Source: Spirochaetia bacterium (GTDB taxonomy: Bacteria > Spirochaetota > Leptospiria > Turneriellales > JAOUOS01). From it: DNA of 41,383 nucleotides. Below, in pieces: positions 1 to 8,606 of this stretch. The stretch spans positions 1 to 41,383 of the forward strand of contig JAOUOS010000030.1 of assembly GCA_029880285.1 (NCBI GenBank). The letters are read 5' to 3'. Position 1 is the stretch's first letter; each line of letters opens with the position of its first letter. The translations under genes were made by a program, and so were the position numbers. The notes under the pieces are model-generated. The model was not told the DNA's origin. It made no database searches and saw only the letters and a list, made by a program, of their open reading frames with translations.

Positions 1-178
1 TAATTAATTCTTCAATAACCTCCAATAAGTTTTTTAAGTCTATAGGTAAAAATATTCCTAAATTGCCAAACTGTTTGTGACGTTTCAATCGCTTCAGGGG
101 GGTACCATCATCCCTATCTTTTCCATATACCATAAGCCTATTTCTTGACGGGGTGTCTTTTGATAAAAGCTTAGTCTT

Positions 179-2968
179 ATGGGAACAAACAATTCTGAAA
201 CCGAAAAAGATAATAATAACAAAAACGCATGGTCAAATTCTATCATGCTGCCGAAAACAAATTTTCCCATGAAGGCAGATTTGGCCAAACGAGAACCTGA
301 TATTATTAAATATTGGGTTGATAATAAAATATACAACAGGGCCCTGGAAAAAAGAAAAAAAGAAAACGCGAAAAAATACATACTGCATGACGGGCCGCCT
401 TACGCGAACGGAAATTTTCATCTGGGCCACGCGTTAAATAAAACATTAAAAGATATTCACGTAAAATACAAATTATTAGACGGATATTACGCGCCTTATA
501 TTCCCGGGTGGGACTGTCACGGTCTTCCCATTGAATTGGCCGTAATGAAGAAACTGGCAAATAAAAAAGATAAATCTGATAAAGATCCCATTAAAGTAAG
601 AAAAGCATGCCGCGAATATGCTACTGATTTTATTAGAATTCAAGCGGAAGATCAAACCAGATTTGGTGTTTTTTGGGATAACAGCGAAGTAAAAAATTTA
701 TCAATAGAAAATCAGTTTGAGCCTGAAACTTTTTATTATACCATGAGTCCTATGTATGAGGCAAACATACTAAAAGTATTTAGAGAAATTTTTAATAAAG
801 AATTAATTTATAAAGGTGAAAGACCCATTCAATGGTGTCCATCGTGTGCTACAGCTCTGGCCGAGGCCGAAGTTGAATATAACGAGCATACCTCGCCTTC
901 TATTTATACTGCGTTTAAGGTAACAAACAAAGAAAACACATTTGTGGTCATATGGACAACAACCCCCTGGACACTGCCGGCTAATTTGGCATTAAGCTTT
1001 CACCCTGAATATAAGTATAATATTTATGAAACCGAAAAAGGAAATTTAATAATAGCCGAAGGGCTTGAAGAATCTTTTTTCGCGCAGACTGAACTTAAGT
1101 TTACAAAAAAAGAAGAAATTAAAAAAGAAGAAATAGAAAAATTAAAAGTAATACATCCGTTTATTGAAAGAGAAAGTAAAATACTATTTGGCGATCATGT
1201 TACACTTGAGGCGGGCACCGGTATTGTTCACACTGCTCCCGGACACGGGCAGGAAGACTACCAAATAGGAATAAAATACGGATTAAAACCGTTTTCGCCG
1301 GTTGATAACAGGGGCAGATTTACTGCTGATTTTGAATTAATGCAGGGCGAAAAAGTATTTAACGCCAATGAAAAGATAATTGAGCTTTTAAAAGAAAAAA
1401 AGGCTCTTTTAGGCGTTTCAGAAATTAAACATTCATACCCGCACTGCTGGCGATGCAGAGGGCCTTTGATTTTTAGAACAACACCCCAATGGTTTTTTTC
1501 AATAGAGCCTCTTCGTAAAAAAGCGCTGGAGTATACAGAAAAAGTAAAATGGATACCCGAATGGGGTAAGGCCCGTTTTTCATCGATGGTAGAAAACAGG
1601 CCAGACTGGTGTCTTTCGAGACAGCGCCATTGGGGCGTTCCCATACCGGCTTTTATCTGCGAAAACTGCGGCGAAACACATATAAATGAAGAATCATTAG
1701 ATTTTATTATTTCTCTGGTAGAAAAAAACGGAATAGAAGTATGGTTTGATAAAGAAACCAGCGAATTATTACCGGCGGGAACCAAATGTAAAAAATGTTC
1801 CCATGATAAATTTGAAAAAGAAAGAGATATTTTAGATGTATGGTTTGACAGCGGAATAAGCTGGTATGCCGTGTTAGAGAAATATAAAAAACTAGAAGTT
1901 CCCTGTGACATGTATCTTGAAGGTTCTGATCAGCATAGAGGATGGTTTCAAAGTAGTATGTGGCCGGCATTAGCCGTAAAGGGAGAAGCCCCCTATGAAA
2001 CCGTATTAACGCATGGTTATGTTTTGGATGAAAATGGCAGGGCGATGAGTAAATCTCTTGGCAATGTTATATCACCCGTGGATGATATAATACCTAAATA
2101 CGGCGCGGATATGGTAAGACTTTGGGTTGCTTCTGAAGATTATAGAACAGATAATAAAATTAGTTTTGATATGCTGGTAAGACTTTCTGACAGTTATAGA
2201 AAAATTCGAAACACTTTTAGATATATGTTGGGTAACTTAAAAGATGGTGAGGCAGTTAAGAATCTAAAAGATTCAGATATAACAGATGATATTGATAAAT
2301 GGGTTTTACATGAACTTGCCGATCTGGGAGAAAAAATAAAAAAAGCCTATGACTTAAGCGAGTTTCATCAGGTATATCACAGAACTTTGCAGTTTTGCAC
2401 GGTAACCCTTTCAAATACTTATTTTGATATTATACGCGACAGGCTTTACTGTGATGACGCGCCCAATTTAATAAAAAGCGTAAAAAGAAAATCATCATTA
2501 AAAACTCTTCAGGTTTTATTAGAACATTTAACTGTTTGGCTGGCACCTGTTTTAAGTTTTACAATGGAAGAAATTCAAAAATTTGTTGATGATTCAATCA
2601 GTATTTTTGAAAAAAACTGGCCTGACGCGTCAAAATATAAAAATGAAAAGTTAAAAGAAAAATTTAATCCTGTGTGGGAACTAAAAGAAAGCGTAAATAT
2701 AAAACTTGAAGATGCCAGAAAATCTCAAAAAATTGGTTCTTCTGTTGATGCTGTTGTTGTTATACCAAATGAAAAACTAAAAAATATTTCAAATGAAGTT
2801 AAAGAAAGTTTAGATTTTTATCTTGTAGTTTCTGAAGCAAGGTTTGAAGATGTATCTGAAATACAAATAGAAAAATCTGCGAAAGAAAAATGTCCCAGAT
2901 GCTGGCTTTACCGCGACTTAACCCCCAAAGGCGTATGTGAAAGATGTCAAGATGTTACAGCTGAATAA
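179..2968 (+). CDS. ileS: isoleucine--tRNA ligase (class I aaRS)
   Basis: The ORF is 929 aa. It has the HIGH motif 'PPYANGNFHLGHALNK', a KMSKS motif 'AMSKSLGNV', the N-terminal 'LPKTNFPMKADLAKREPDIIKYW' typical of IleS, and a C-terminal Zn-finger 'CPRCW...CERC'. The start is not certain: ATG 179 gives a short N-terminal extension compared with E. coli IleS. Confidence 0.95.
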   Translation: MGTNNSETEKDNNNKNAWSNSIMLPKTNFPMKADLAKREPDIIKYWVDNKIYNRALEKRKKENAKKYILHDGPPYANGNFHLGHALNKTLKDIHVKYKLLDGYYAPYIPGWDCHGLPIELAVMKKLANKKDKSDKDPIKVRKACREYATDFIRIQAEDQTRFGVFWDNSEVKNLSIENQFEPETFYYTMSPMYEANILKVFREIFNKELIYKGERPIQWCPSCATALAEAEVEYNEHTSPSIYTAFKVTNKENTFVVIWTTTPWTLPANLALSFHPEYKYNIYETEKGNLIIAEGLEESFFAQTELKFTKKEEIKKEEIEKLKVIHPFIERESKILFGDHVTLEAGTGIVHTAPGHGQEDYQIGIKYGLKPFSPVDNRGRFTADFELMQGEKVFNANEKIIELLKEKKALLGVSEIKHSYPHCWRCRGPLIFRTTPQWFFSIEPLRKKALEYTEKVKWIPEWGKARFSSMVENRPDWCLSRQRHWGVPIPAFICENCGETHINEESLDFIISLVEKNGIEVWFDKETSELLPAGTKCKKCSHDKFEKERDILDVWFDSGISWYAVLEKYKKLEVPCDMYLEGSDQHRGWFQSSMWPALAVKGEAPYETVLTHGYVLDENGRAMSKSLGNVISPVDDIIPKYGADMVRLWVASEDYRTDNKISFDMLVRLSDSYRKIRNTFRYMLGNLKDGEAVKNLKDSDITDDIDKWVLHELADLGEKIKKAYDLSEFHQVYHRTLQFCTVTLSNTYFDIIRDRLYCDDAPNLIKSVKRKSSLKTLQVLLEHLTVWLAPVLSFTMEEIQKFVDDSISIFEKNWPDASKYKNEKLKEKFNPVWELKESVNIKLEDARKSQKIGSSVDAVVVIPNEKLKNISNEVKESLDFYLVVSEARFEDVSEIQIEKSAKEKCPRCWLYRDLTPKGVCERCQDVTAE

Positions 2969-2971
2969 AAT

Positions 2972-4408
2972 TTAATTTAAACTGCTGTAAGAAGAATAAG
3001 GTAAAATAATTTCTAAAGATTCTTTTTTATGGTCACTTGTTAGTTTAAGTGAGCCCTTAAAAACAAAAATGATTTCTTTTATTTCGTTTAAGTATAATTC
3101 CATTTCTTTTTTTTGAAGAATATGATTAATACTGGAATCTTTATTCATAAAGTTTATTAAAACCTGATTTCTTTCTGTAATAATAGAAATTTTTAATATT
3201 TTATTATTTAATAAATGAAATATGTTATTAAGAGCAATTTTAAGAATTTTAATAATTTCAGAAGCTAGAATATTTTCAATAAACAGCAAACTTGTGTTAA
3301 AAAATAAATCACATCTGTTCTTTGTATTTTTTTCATAATCAGCGGCTATATTTTCAATAAATGTTTTTAGACTAAAATTTTCAAGCTGGTTTAATTCCAG
3401 ATTTTTTGTTATTTTTCGAATGCTTTGAATGGCAGAATTTAATAAGTTTTTTGATTCAATTATATTTTCTGGATTTAAAGTATTTTCTACTTTTTGAATT
3501 TCATCGTTTAGTTTTTCAATATCAAAGTTAATTAAAGACATAATTTGATTTAAATCATCCTGAATATTAATGGCTATTTTTTTTCTTTCCTGCTGGCGCG
3601 CGGTTTGATAATTTCTTGCCATTTGTTTAAGTTCTCTTCTTCTTTGTATAAGTTCTTTTTGAGCGTTGTGACGGCGGCTAATATTTTGAATTAGTGAAGC
3701 GATTCCAATAATGTTATTTTTCTCATCAAATAAGGGCACATTGTACCATTCACATTGAATGAAGTTTTTGCTTTTTGTAATGTTTTTATCTGTGCTTCTT
3801 AATTCACATTTTTCTTTCAGTATTTTATTAAAAAATTTATTTATTAAACTTTCGTTTATATTTGAAATTTTTGACAATGCTTTTTGGTTTATCATTTCTT
3901 CTTGGGTATATTCAAAAATATTTTCAGCCGCTTTGTTCCACCGTGTTACCTCTAAATTCAAGTTCCACTCGATAATAGCCATGGGAATATTATCAACATG
4001 AAATTGAAGTTTTTGAGCATGTTCAATTAGTGCTTTTATCCCTTTTTTTTCTCTTGTTATATCGCGGCATATTTCAATTGAGCCCGCTAATTCATTATTG
4101 TTTATAATAAAGGGATAGCCTTTAATCTCCCATATATTATTATCAGATGTTATAATTTCGCCCTGTTTTTGAGAAAGATTCTCTTTTGCCTCAATAGCAG
4201 GGCAGAATAAGCAAAAGCTGTCTCTTTGAAAAAGTATCTTATAACACTTTTGACCTATTGCCGAATCACGGTTTACTTTAAAAGAATTTTGAGCGCCTTT
4301 GTTCATCCAAATAATATTCATCTTTAAATCATGGCAAATTATAGGATCAGAAATACTGTCAAGTATATGAAAATAATCTATTTTAATGTCATTTAAATGA
4401 TTATGCAT
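2972..4408 (-). CDS. PAS-domain sensor protein with a degenerate HisKA_3/HATPase-like C-terminus (probable pseudo-histidine kinase)
   Basis: The ORF is 478 aa. The N-terminal ~250 aa have two PAS-like segments ('ICHDLKMNIIWMNKGAQ', 'IPMAIIEWNLNLEVTRWNKAAENIFEYTQEEM'). The C-terminal ~220 aa follow the NarX/DesK-type (HisKA_3) layout, but the kinase motifs are altered. 'ERKKIAINIQDDLNQ' sits where 'ERxRIARELHDxxGQ' is expected, so the phospho-acceptor His is Gln. 'KIALNNIFHLL' resembles an N-box. No DxGxG (G1) or GxGL (G2) box is present. The C-terminal 'GSLKLTSDHKKESLEIILP' matches the end of an HATPase domain. Confidence 0.6.
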   Translation of the reverse strand: MHNHLNDIKIDYFHILDSISDPIICHDLKMNIIWMNKGAQNSFKVNRDSAIGQKCYKILFQRDSFCLFCPAIEAKENLSQKQGEIITSDNNIWEIKGYPFIINNNELAGSIEICRDITREKKGIKALIEHAQKLQFHVDNIPMAIIEWNLNLEVTRWNKAAENIFEYTQEEMINQKALSKISNINESLINKFFNKILKEKCELRSTDKNITKSKNFIQCEWYNVPLFDEKNNIIGIASLIQNISRRHNAQKELIQRRRELKQMARNYQTARQQERKKIAINIQDDLNQIMSLINFDIEKLNDEIQKVENTLNPENIIESKNLLNSAIQSIRKITKNLELNQLENFSLKTFIENIAADYEKNTKNRCDLFFNTSLLFIENILASEIIKILKIALNNIFHLLNNKILKISIITERNQVLINFMNKDSSINHILQKKEMELYLNEIKEIIFVFKGSLKLTSDHKKESLEIILPYSSYSSLN

Positions 4409-4507
4409 TGAATAGGTTTGCTTTTATTTATTTAATATAAAATGCTATTAATTTTTTAATTATATAGTTTTTTAATAAAAGCGTCAAATAATATTCAAGA
4501 TAACACT

Positions 4508-5542
4508 TTATTTCGTTTTTTTAATAATATCCGTTGTAGAATATCCTTTTCGAAAAGGCAGTATAACAACTTCTCCCTTATATTTTTTTATAACAGAATA
4601 TTCAGGCAGATCTTCTTTTTTATAGTCACCGCCTTTTACATGTATGTCAGGTTTTATTTTTTTTATTATCTCGATAGGCGTGTCTTCTGAAAATGAGGTA
4701 ATAACACTCGTAAAGGGAAGGGCAGAAAGCGATAAAAGCCTGTCTTTTAAGGTATTCACCGGTCTTGATTTGCCTTTCAGCCTTTTTACGCTATCATCAG
4801 AGTTTGCGGCGACAACCAGAGCATCCCCCAGTTTTGAGGCCTGCCATAAATACTGAAGATGACCTGAATGTAAAATGTCAAAACATCCGTTTGTAAAAAC
4901 AATCTTTTTCTTTTGTTTTCTTAAATTTTGAATTGTATTTTGAAATAGTTTTTCTTTATAGGAAGAATGAATTTTTAAATTTATATCTTTTTCAAACTCT
5001 ATTTGTAAAATAAATTGAGCGGCTTCTTTAAGATCTGTAGCTATGTATTTCAAATTTTTAGGTTCTTTTAATTTTTTTTCTGCGTCTGAGGGATATACTA
5101 AAATACCATCGATATTAAACGGTTCAGCTGCTTTTATATCCCTTAATTTATCACCAATTATGTAACTTCTCGAAAGACTAAATTTTAATTCTTTTTGAGC
5201 CTGTTTAATAAGCCCGGGTTTTGGCTTGCGGCATTCACAGTTATCTTCATCTGTATGCGGACAAAAATAAATCTTTTTTATTGTAATATTTTCTTTTTTT
5301 AAGAGTTCTAATAGTCTATTGTTAACAGCTTTAAGTTGTTTTAAAGTGATAAGTTTTCTGCTAATTCCAGACTGATTGGTTATTATAGCAAATTGAAAAT
5401 CGAATTTTTTTAGTAAATTTAATGCTTCTGTTACACCCGGTTTTAGTTTTAAATCTTTTGGATTATTTATATAACCCGGATCAAAATTTAATGTGTTGTC
5501 CCTATCTAATAGTACAAATCTAATTTTTTCATTAGCTGGCAT
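4508..5542 (-). CDS. bifunctional D-glycero-D-manno-heptose 1,7-bisphosphate phosphatase (GmhB-like HAD) / heptose-1-phosphate adenylyltransferase (HldE domain II / RfaE-II-like)
   Basis: The N-terminal half has 'VLLDRDNTLN' (HAD DxD), 'ITNQSGISR' and the Zn motif 'CPHxxxxxCxCRKP' typical of GmhB. The C-terminal ~135 aa, 'IVFTNGCFDILHSGHLQYL...SRPVNTLKDR...VKGGDY...STTDIIKK', align closely with the HldE adenylyltransferase domain (HxGH cytidylyltransferase fold). It overlaps the upstream kinase ORF by 11 nt. Confidence 0.8.
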   Translation of the reverse strand: MPANEKIRFVLLDRDNTLNFDPGYINNPKDLKLKPGVTEALNLLKKFDFQFAIITNQSGISRKLITLKQLKAVNNRLLELLKKENITIKKIYFCPHTDEDNCECRKPKPGLIKQAQKELKFSLSRSYIIGDKLRDIKAAEPFNIDGILVYPSDAEKKLKEPKNLKYIATDLKEAAQFILQIEFEKDINLKIHSSYKEKLFQNTIQNLRKQKKKIVFTNGCFDILHSGHLQYLWQASKLGDALVVAANSDDSVKRLKGKSRPVNTLKDRLLSLSALPFTSVITSFSEDTPIEIIKKIKPDIHVKGGDYKKEDLPEYSVIKKYKGEVVILPFRKGYSTTDIIKKTK

Positions 5543-6353
5543 AATATTTAGCGGAATTTAAAGCTGTATGATAGTAATTTATTCCAAATAAATTTGCATG
5601 TACCAAAAGGGGATATATCTGGTATAGCTTTTTTATATCTTTGTATATTTCGCAAATAGAATGAATTTCTTGGTAAGCCGAATAAAATGCAGAATCAAAT
5701 GCGCCAAATAATTCAGTAAAGGCTAATTCTATTAAAGCGTCACCATAATAAACAGCGGGATCTATAAATATAGGACCTTTATCGCTAAAATATAAGTTTC
5801 CGCTCCATAGATCACCATGCAGTAAAGAAGGTTTTGGTTTATGAGTTAATAAAACCGGCAGTTTTTCAAATAATTTAGACCAAATATTTAGTTCGTTATT
5901 GGTTAATTTATGGGATAAATTCCATAAATTTAGCTGATACTGCAGTCTATGTTTTTGATAAAATAGAATCCAGTCTTTTTCAAAATTATTAATTTGATTA
6001 AGAGAGCCAATATAGTTATTTTGAAAAAAACCAAAGTTTTCACTCGTTTTTTGGTGAAGTTTCGCTAAAAGAGTACCAGCTTCTTTATAACATGGTTTAC
6101 CAGCATTAAAATATTCTAAAAGTATTGCATCTTCATTAAATGATATGACTTTAGGCACGGGAAGATTATTTTCACGTAAATGGTTTAAACCAAAACATTC
6201 ATTTTCAAACATTTTAGTAAACCCTCCGTTGTTATTCTTTAAAAGAAATTCACCATTTAGACAGATAAGATGATAAACTTCATTTATATCACCTCCCGCT
6301 AAACGATTTTTTTTATAAATTTGACCAGTAAATTTTTCAAACGGATTTTTCAT
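5532..6353 (-). CDS. fructosamine/ketosamine-3-kinase family protein (protein-kinase-like fold)
   Basis: The ORF is 273 aa. It has the FN3K-family catalytic-loop motif 'LLHGDLWSGNLYF', 'IFIDPAVYYGD', and an N-terminal nucleotide-binding region. It overlaps the neighbouring ORF at both ends (17 nt upstream, 11 nt downstream), which suggests an operon. Confidence 0.7.
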   Translation of the reverse strand: MKNPFEKFTGQIYKKNRLAGGDINEVYHLICLNGEFLLKNNNGGFTKMFENECFGLNHLRENNLPVPKVISFNEDAILLEYFNAGKPCYKEAGTLLAKLHQKTSENFGFFQNNYIGSLNQINNFEKDWILFYQKHRLQYQLNLWNLSHKLTNNELNIWSKLFEKLPVLLTHKPKPSLLHGDLWSGNLYFSDKGPIFIDPAVYYGDALIELAFTELFGAFDSAFYSAYQEIHSICEIYKDIKKLYQIYPLLVHANLFGINYYHTALNSAKYYAS

Positions 6354-6564
6354 CCATATTTATTTGACCTAATGAATCAATTATCTTTTTTTTTATAGGG
6401 TGATTTTGTGAATTATAAGATGCATGACTTATACGCATTAAATTACGATATAAAGCTAAATGATCAGATATGCAATTTTTACAATATCCTTTTTGAAATA
6501 CCTGACTTACCATGTTATGGCATTTCTGGCACATATGAAATCGCGCCTGTTTTTTTGAGGGCAT
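6337..6564 (-). CDS. small zinc-ribbon protein (hypothetical)
   Basis: The ORF is 75 aa. It has two CxxC pairs 12 aa apart ('CQKC'...'CKNC'). Its stop overlaps the start of the kinase gene. The overlapping + strand ORF 6408..6629 looks non-coding. Confidence 0.4.
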   Translation of the reverse strand: MPSKKQARFHMCQKCHNMVSQVFQKGYCKNCISDHLALYRNLMRISHASYNSQNHPIKKKIIDSLGQINMDEKSV

Positions 6565-6890
6565 GTTATTTAATTAAGTCCACACAATTATATTTGTATA
6601 TATATCTAAAAATAAATACAATATTCTAATAAAATTATTAAAATATAGGTGGGATAAAATGTAAAGAAAAGTCTGTACGTCAAAAGAGTTAGAATATTTT
6701 TTGAAAAAATAATAAATTTTATTTAACGAAAACGGATGTCATGAGTTAATATACAAAGACATTAGTATTTATAAAATAATAACTTTGGCAGAATATAATG
6801 TATTTAAAGATTTTTTAATAAAATAATTTATCTTAAAAAAGAATTAATAATCTAAATAAATTATATAAAACCGCCAAAGTTATTTTAACA

Positions 6891-7247
6891 TCAAGCTGCT
6901 TCTTTTTGTCCTTCAAAATTAAGATCAGAAACAGCAAGGGTTTCAGCAGATATATGAAATCTTGATTTTTTGTTTTGATTTTTATCTACCCAGCGGCTTT
7001 GAACTAAAGCCCCGTTTATCACAACTTCAAGGCCTTTTTTTAATATGGAATGAAAAACTTCGGCAAGTTTTTCCCATACTTCTACATGAATAAAGTTGGC
7101 ATGCGAACCGTCTTTATCTGTTGTCTGCCTTGTGTAATACATCAAATTAAAGGTTAAAAACTTTTTACCTGTGGTTGTTTCTTTTACCTCAGGATCGGTA
7201 ACAATTCTGCCTTTTATTTGATTTATGTTCATACTATTTGGGGTCAT
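6891..7247 (-). CDS. ssb: single-stranded DNA-binding protein (short, OB-fold)
   Basis: The ORF is 118 aa. It starts 'MNINQIKGRIVTDPEVKETTTGKKFLTFNL...' like an SSB OB-fold and carries 'VINGALVQSRWVDKNQNKKSRFHISAETL'. A GAGGA Shine-Dalgarno lies 6 nt before ATG 7247. Confidence 0.8.
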   Translation of the reverse strand: MTPNSMNINQIKGRIVTDPEVKETTTGKKFLTFNLMYYTRQTTDKDGSHANFIHVEVWEKLAEVFHSILKKGLEVVINGALVQSRWVDKNQNKKSRFHISAETLAVSDLNFEGQKEAA

Positions 7248-7261
7248 ATTATCCTCATTTT

Positions 7262-7386
7262 CACTATTTAATTTTTTTAATAAGAAAAGTTTATTAACTT
7301 TACTTAATTTAGTAATACCCCCAAAAATTAATTATATACCGCTTTTTTTAATTTTTTTTTTAAATTACTAAAAAAATTAAATAGTG
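7262..7386. repeat. 18-bp near-perfect inverted repeat pair (cactatttaattttttta ... taaaaaaattaaatagtg) enclosing ~90 bp
   Basis: Read directly from the sequence. The left arm lies ~15 bp upstream of the ssb start codon. The right arm lies in the ssb/mazG divergent intergenic region. Confidence 0.5.
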
Positions 7387-7637
7387 AAAATGATTGAAAA
7401 CATTAAATATGTATAATGAGATACTTGAAATAGAAAAAGCTCAACTAATGTTAAAAAAAAATTATAGCAATTTAAATTATTGATAAACAGGATTTTTTAT
7501 GATTATTTTTTTCTAAATATCTTGTTATCTTGTTAAAAAATTTATCTTAAATGCCTGTCTCAATCTGGATTCACGTAAGATTGAATATTGATAATATAAA
7601 AATCTTGCCGCATTGTCTTTTAAATAAATGGTAACTG

Positions 7638-8525
7638 ATGAAAAAACCACCGTCTTTAGATAAACCAATAGAAAGTCTTAAAAAAATTGCCAGAGATTTA
7701 CGCGATAAAACACATGGTTGTCCCTGGGATATGAATCAGACCCATGATAGTGTAGTAAAAAATTTAATAGAAGAGACATATGAAGTTGTAGATGCGATTG
7801 AAAAATTAAATGAGAAAGACATAAATACTTATAATGATCTGAAAGAAGAGCTAGGTGACTTGTTTTTTCAAATAGTTTTTCATGCCCAGCTTGCTGAAGA
7901 AAGGGGAATGTTTAATCTTGAAGATACCGCCCTTTATGTTTCAGAAAAATTAATATTTAGGCATCCTCATGTATATGGCGAAAACGTGCAAGTAGAAGGT
8001 GAAAAGGATGTTCTGAAAAACTGGGAAAAGTTAAAGCGTGAAGAAAAAAATAAAAAAAATGAAGAATTTATACATATGCTTTCTGGAATTCCCGTTCACT
8101 TGCCCGCGCTATTAAAGTCTTATCGCATAGGCCAAAAAGTAAGCCGTGTAAATTTTGACTGGCCCTCTTCAAAAGAAGGTACAAAACTGCTTAAAGAAAA
8201 AGTAATTGAAGAGCTAAATGAGTTTCTTGTTGAAATTGACGAAAATCATGAAAAATACAATCCTGAAAATCTAATTACGGCAGATAAAATAAAAGAAAAA
8301 GAAAGAGTAGAAGAAGAATTAGGAGATTTATTATTTGCAATTTCACAGCTTGCGAGACGTTATTATATTGATCCCGAAGAGGCTTTGCAAAAAGCAAATA
8401 AAAAAGTAACCTCGCGGTTCGAAAAAATGGAAACTATTTTTCAGGATAAGTTAAATAAAGGCATACATCCCAGCATTGAAGAATGGGATGAGCTTTGGAA
8501 AAAAGTTAAGAAAGAAGAGAAGTAA
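7638..8525 (+). CDS. mazG: nucleoside triphosphate pyrophosphohydrolase MazG (tandem MazG domains)
   Basis: The ORF is 295 aa. It has 'HGCPWDMNQTHDSVVKNLIEETYEVVDAIE' and 'ELGDLFFQIVFHAQLAEE', with a second 'EEELGDLLFAISQLARRY' repeat. Confidence 0.85.
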   Translation: MKKPPSLDKPIESLKKIARDLRDKTHGCPWDMNQTHDSVVKNLIEETYEVVDAIEKLNEKDINTYNDLKEELGDLFFQIVFHAQLAEERGMFNLEDTALYVSEKLIFRHPHVYGENVQVEGEKDVLKNWEKLKREEKNKKNEEFIHMLSGIPVHLPALLKSYRIGQKVSRVNFDWPSSKEGTKLLKEKVIEELNEFLVEIDENHEKYNPENLITADKIKEKERVEEELGDLLFAISQLARRYYIDPEEALQKANKKVTSRFEKMETIFQDKLNKGIHPSIEEWDELWKKVKKEEK

Positions 8526-8606
8526 GAATTTTTAATTTTACTTTAAAATTCGCCGATATTAATTTATATTGACATATTGAAATAAAACCTGTTTCTGACA
8601 AAAATT

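Noticed and set aside
1-178. T-box or other leader upstream of ileS
   Set aside because: No specifier-loop or T-box motif (AATTAGGGTGGTACCGCG-like) could be recognised. The region may simply hold the 3' end of an upstream minus-strand gene.
94-1970. Minus-strand ORFs 94..381, 233..430, 306..560, 1258..1911, 1707..1970
   Set aside because: They all lie antisense inside the well-supported ileS gene. Their composition is low-complexity and Phe/Leu/Ile-rich, typical of the reverse frame of AT-rich coding DNA.
3759-4856. Plus-strand ORFs 3759..4001 and 4644..4856
   Set aside because: They are embedded antisense in the PAS-sensor and GmhB-fusion genes and have no motifs.
6408-6629. Plus-strand 73-aa ORF overlapping the Zn-ribbon gene
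   Set aside because: Its sequence is hydrophobic low-complexity. The minus-strand ORF has paired CxxC motifs and stop/start coupling with the kinase gene, so it is preferred.
6779-6884. 10-11-bp inverted pair (ataactttggc / gccaaagttat) ~80 bp apart just downstream of the ssb stop, read as a terminator
   Set aside because: The loop is far too long for an intrinsic terminator and there is no T-run. It is likely chance in AT-rich DNA.
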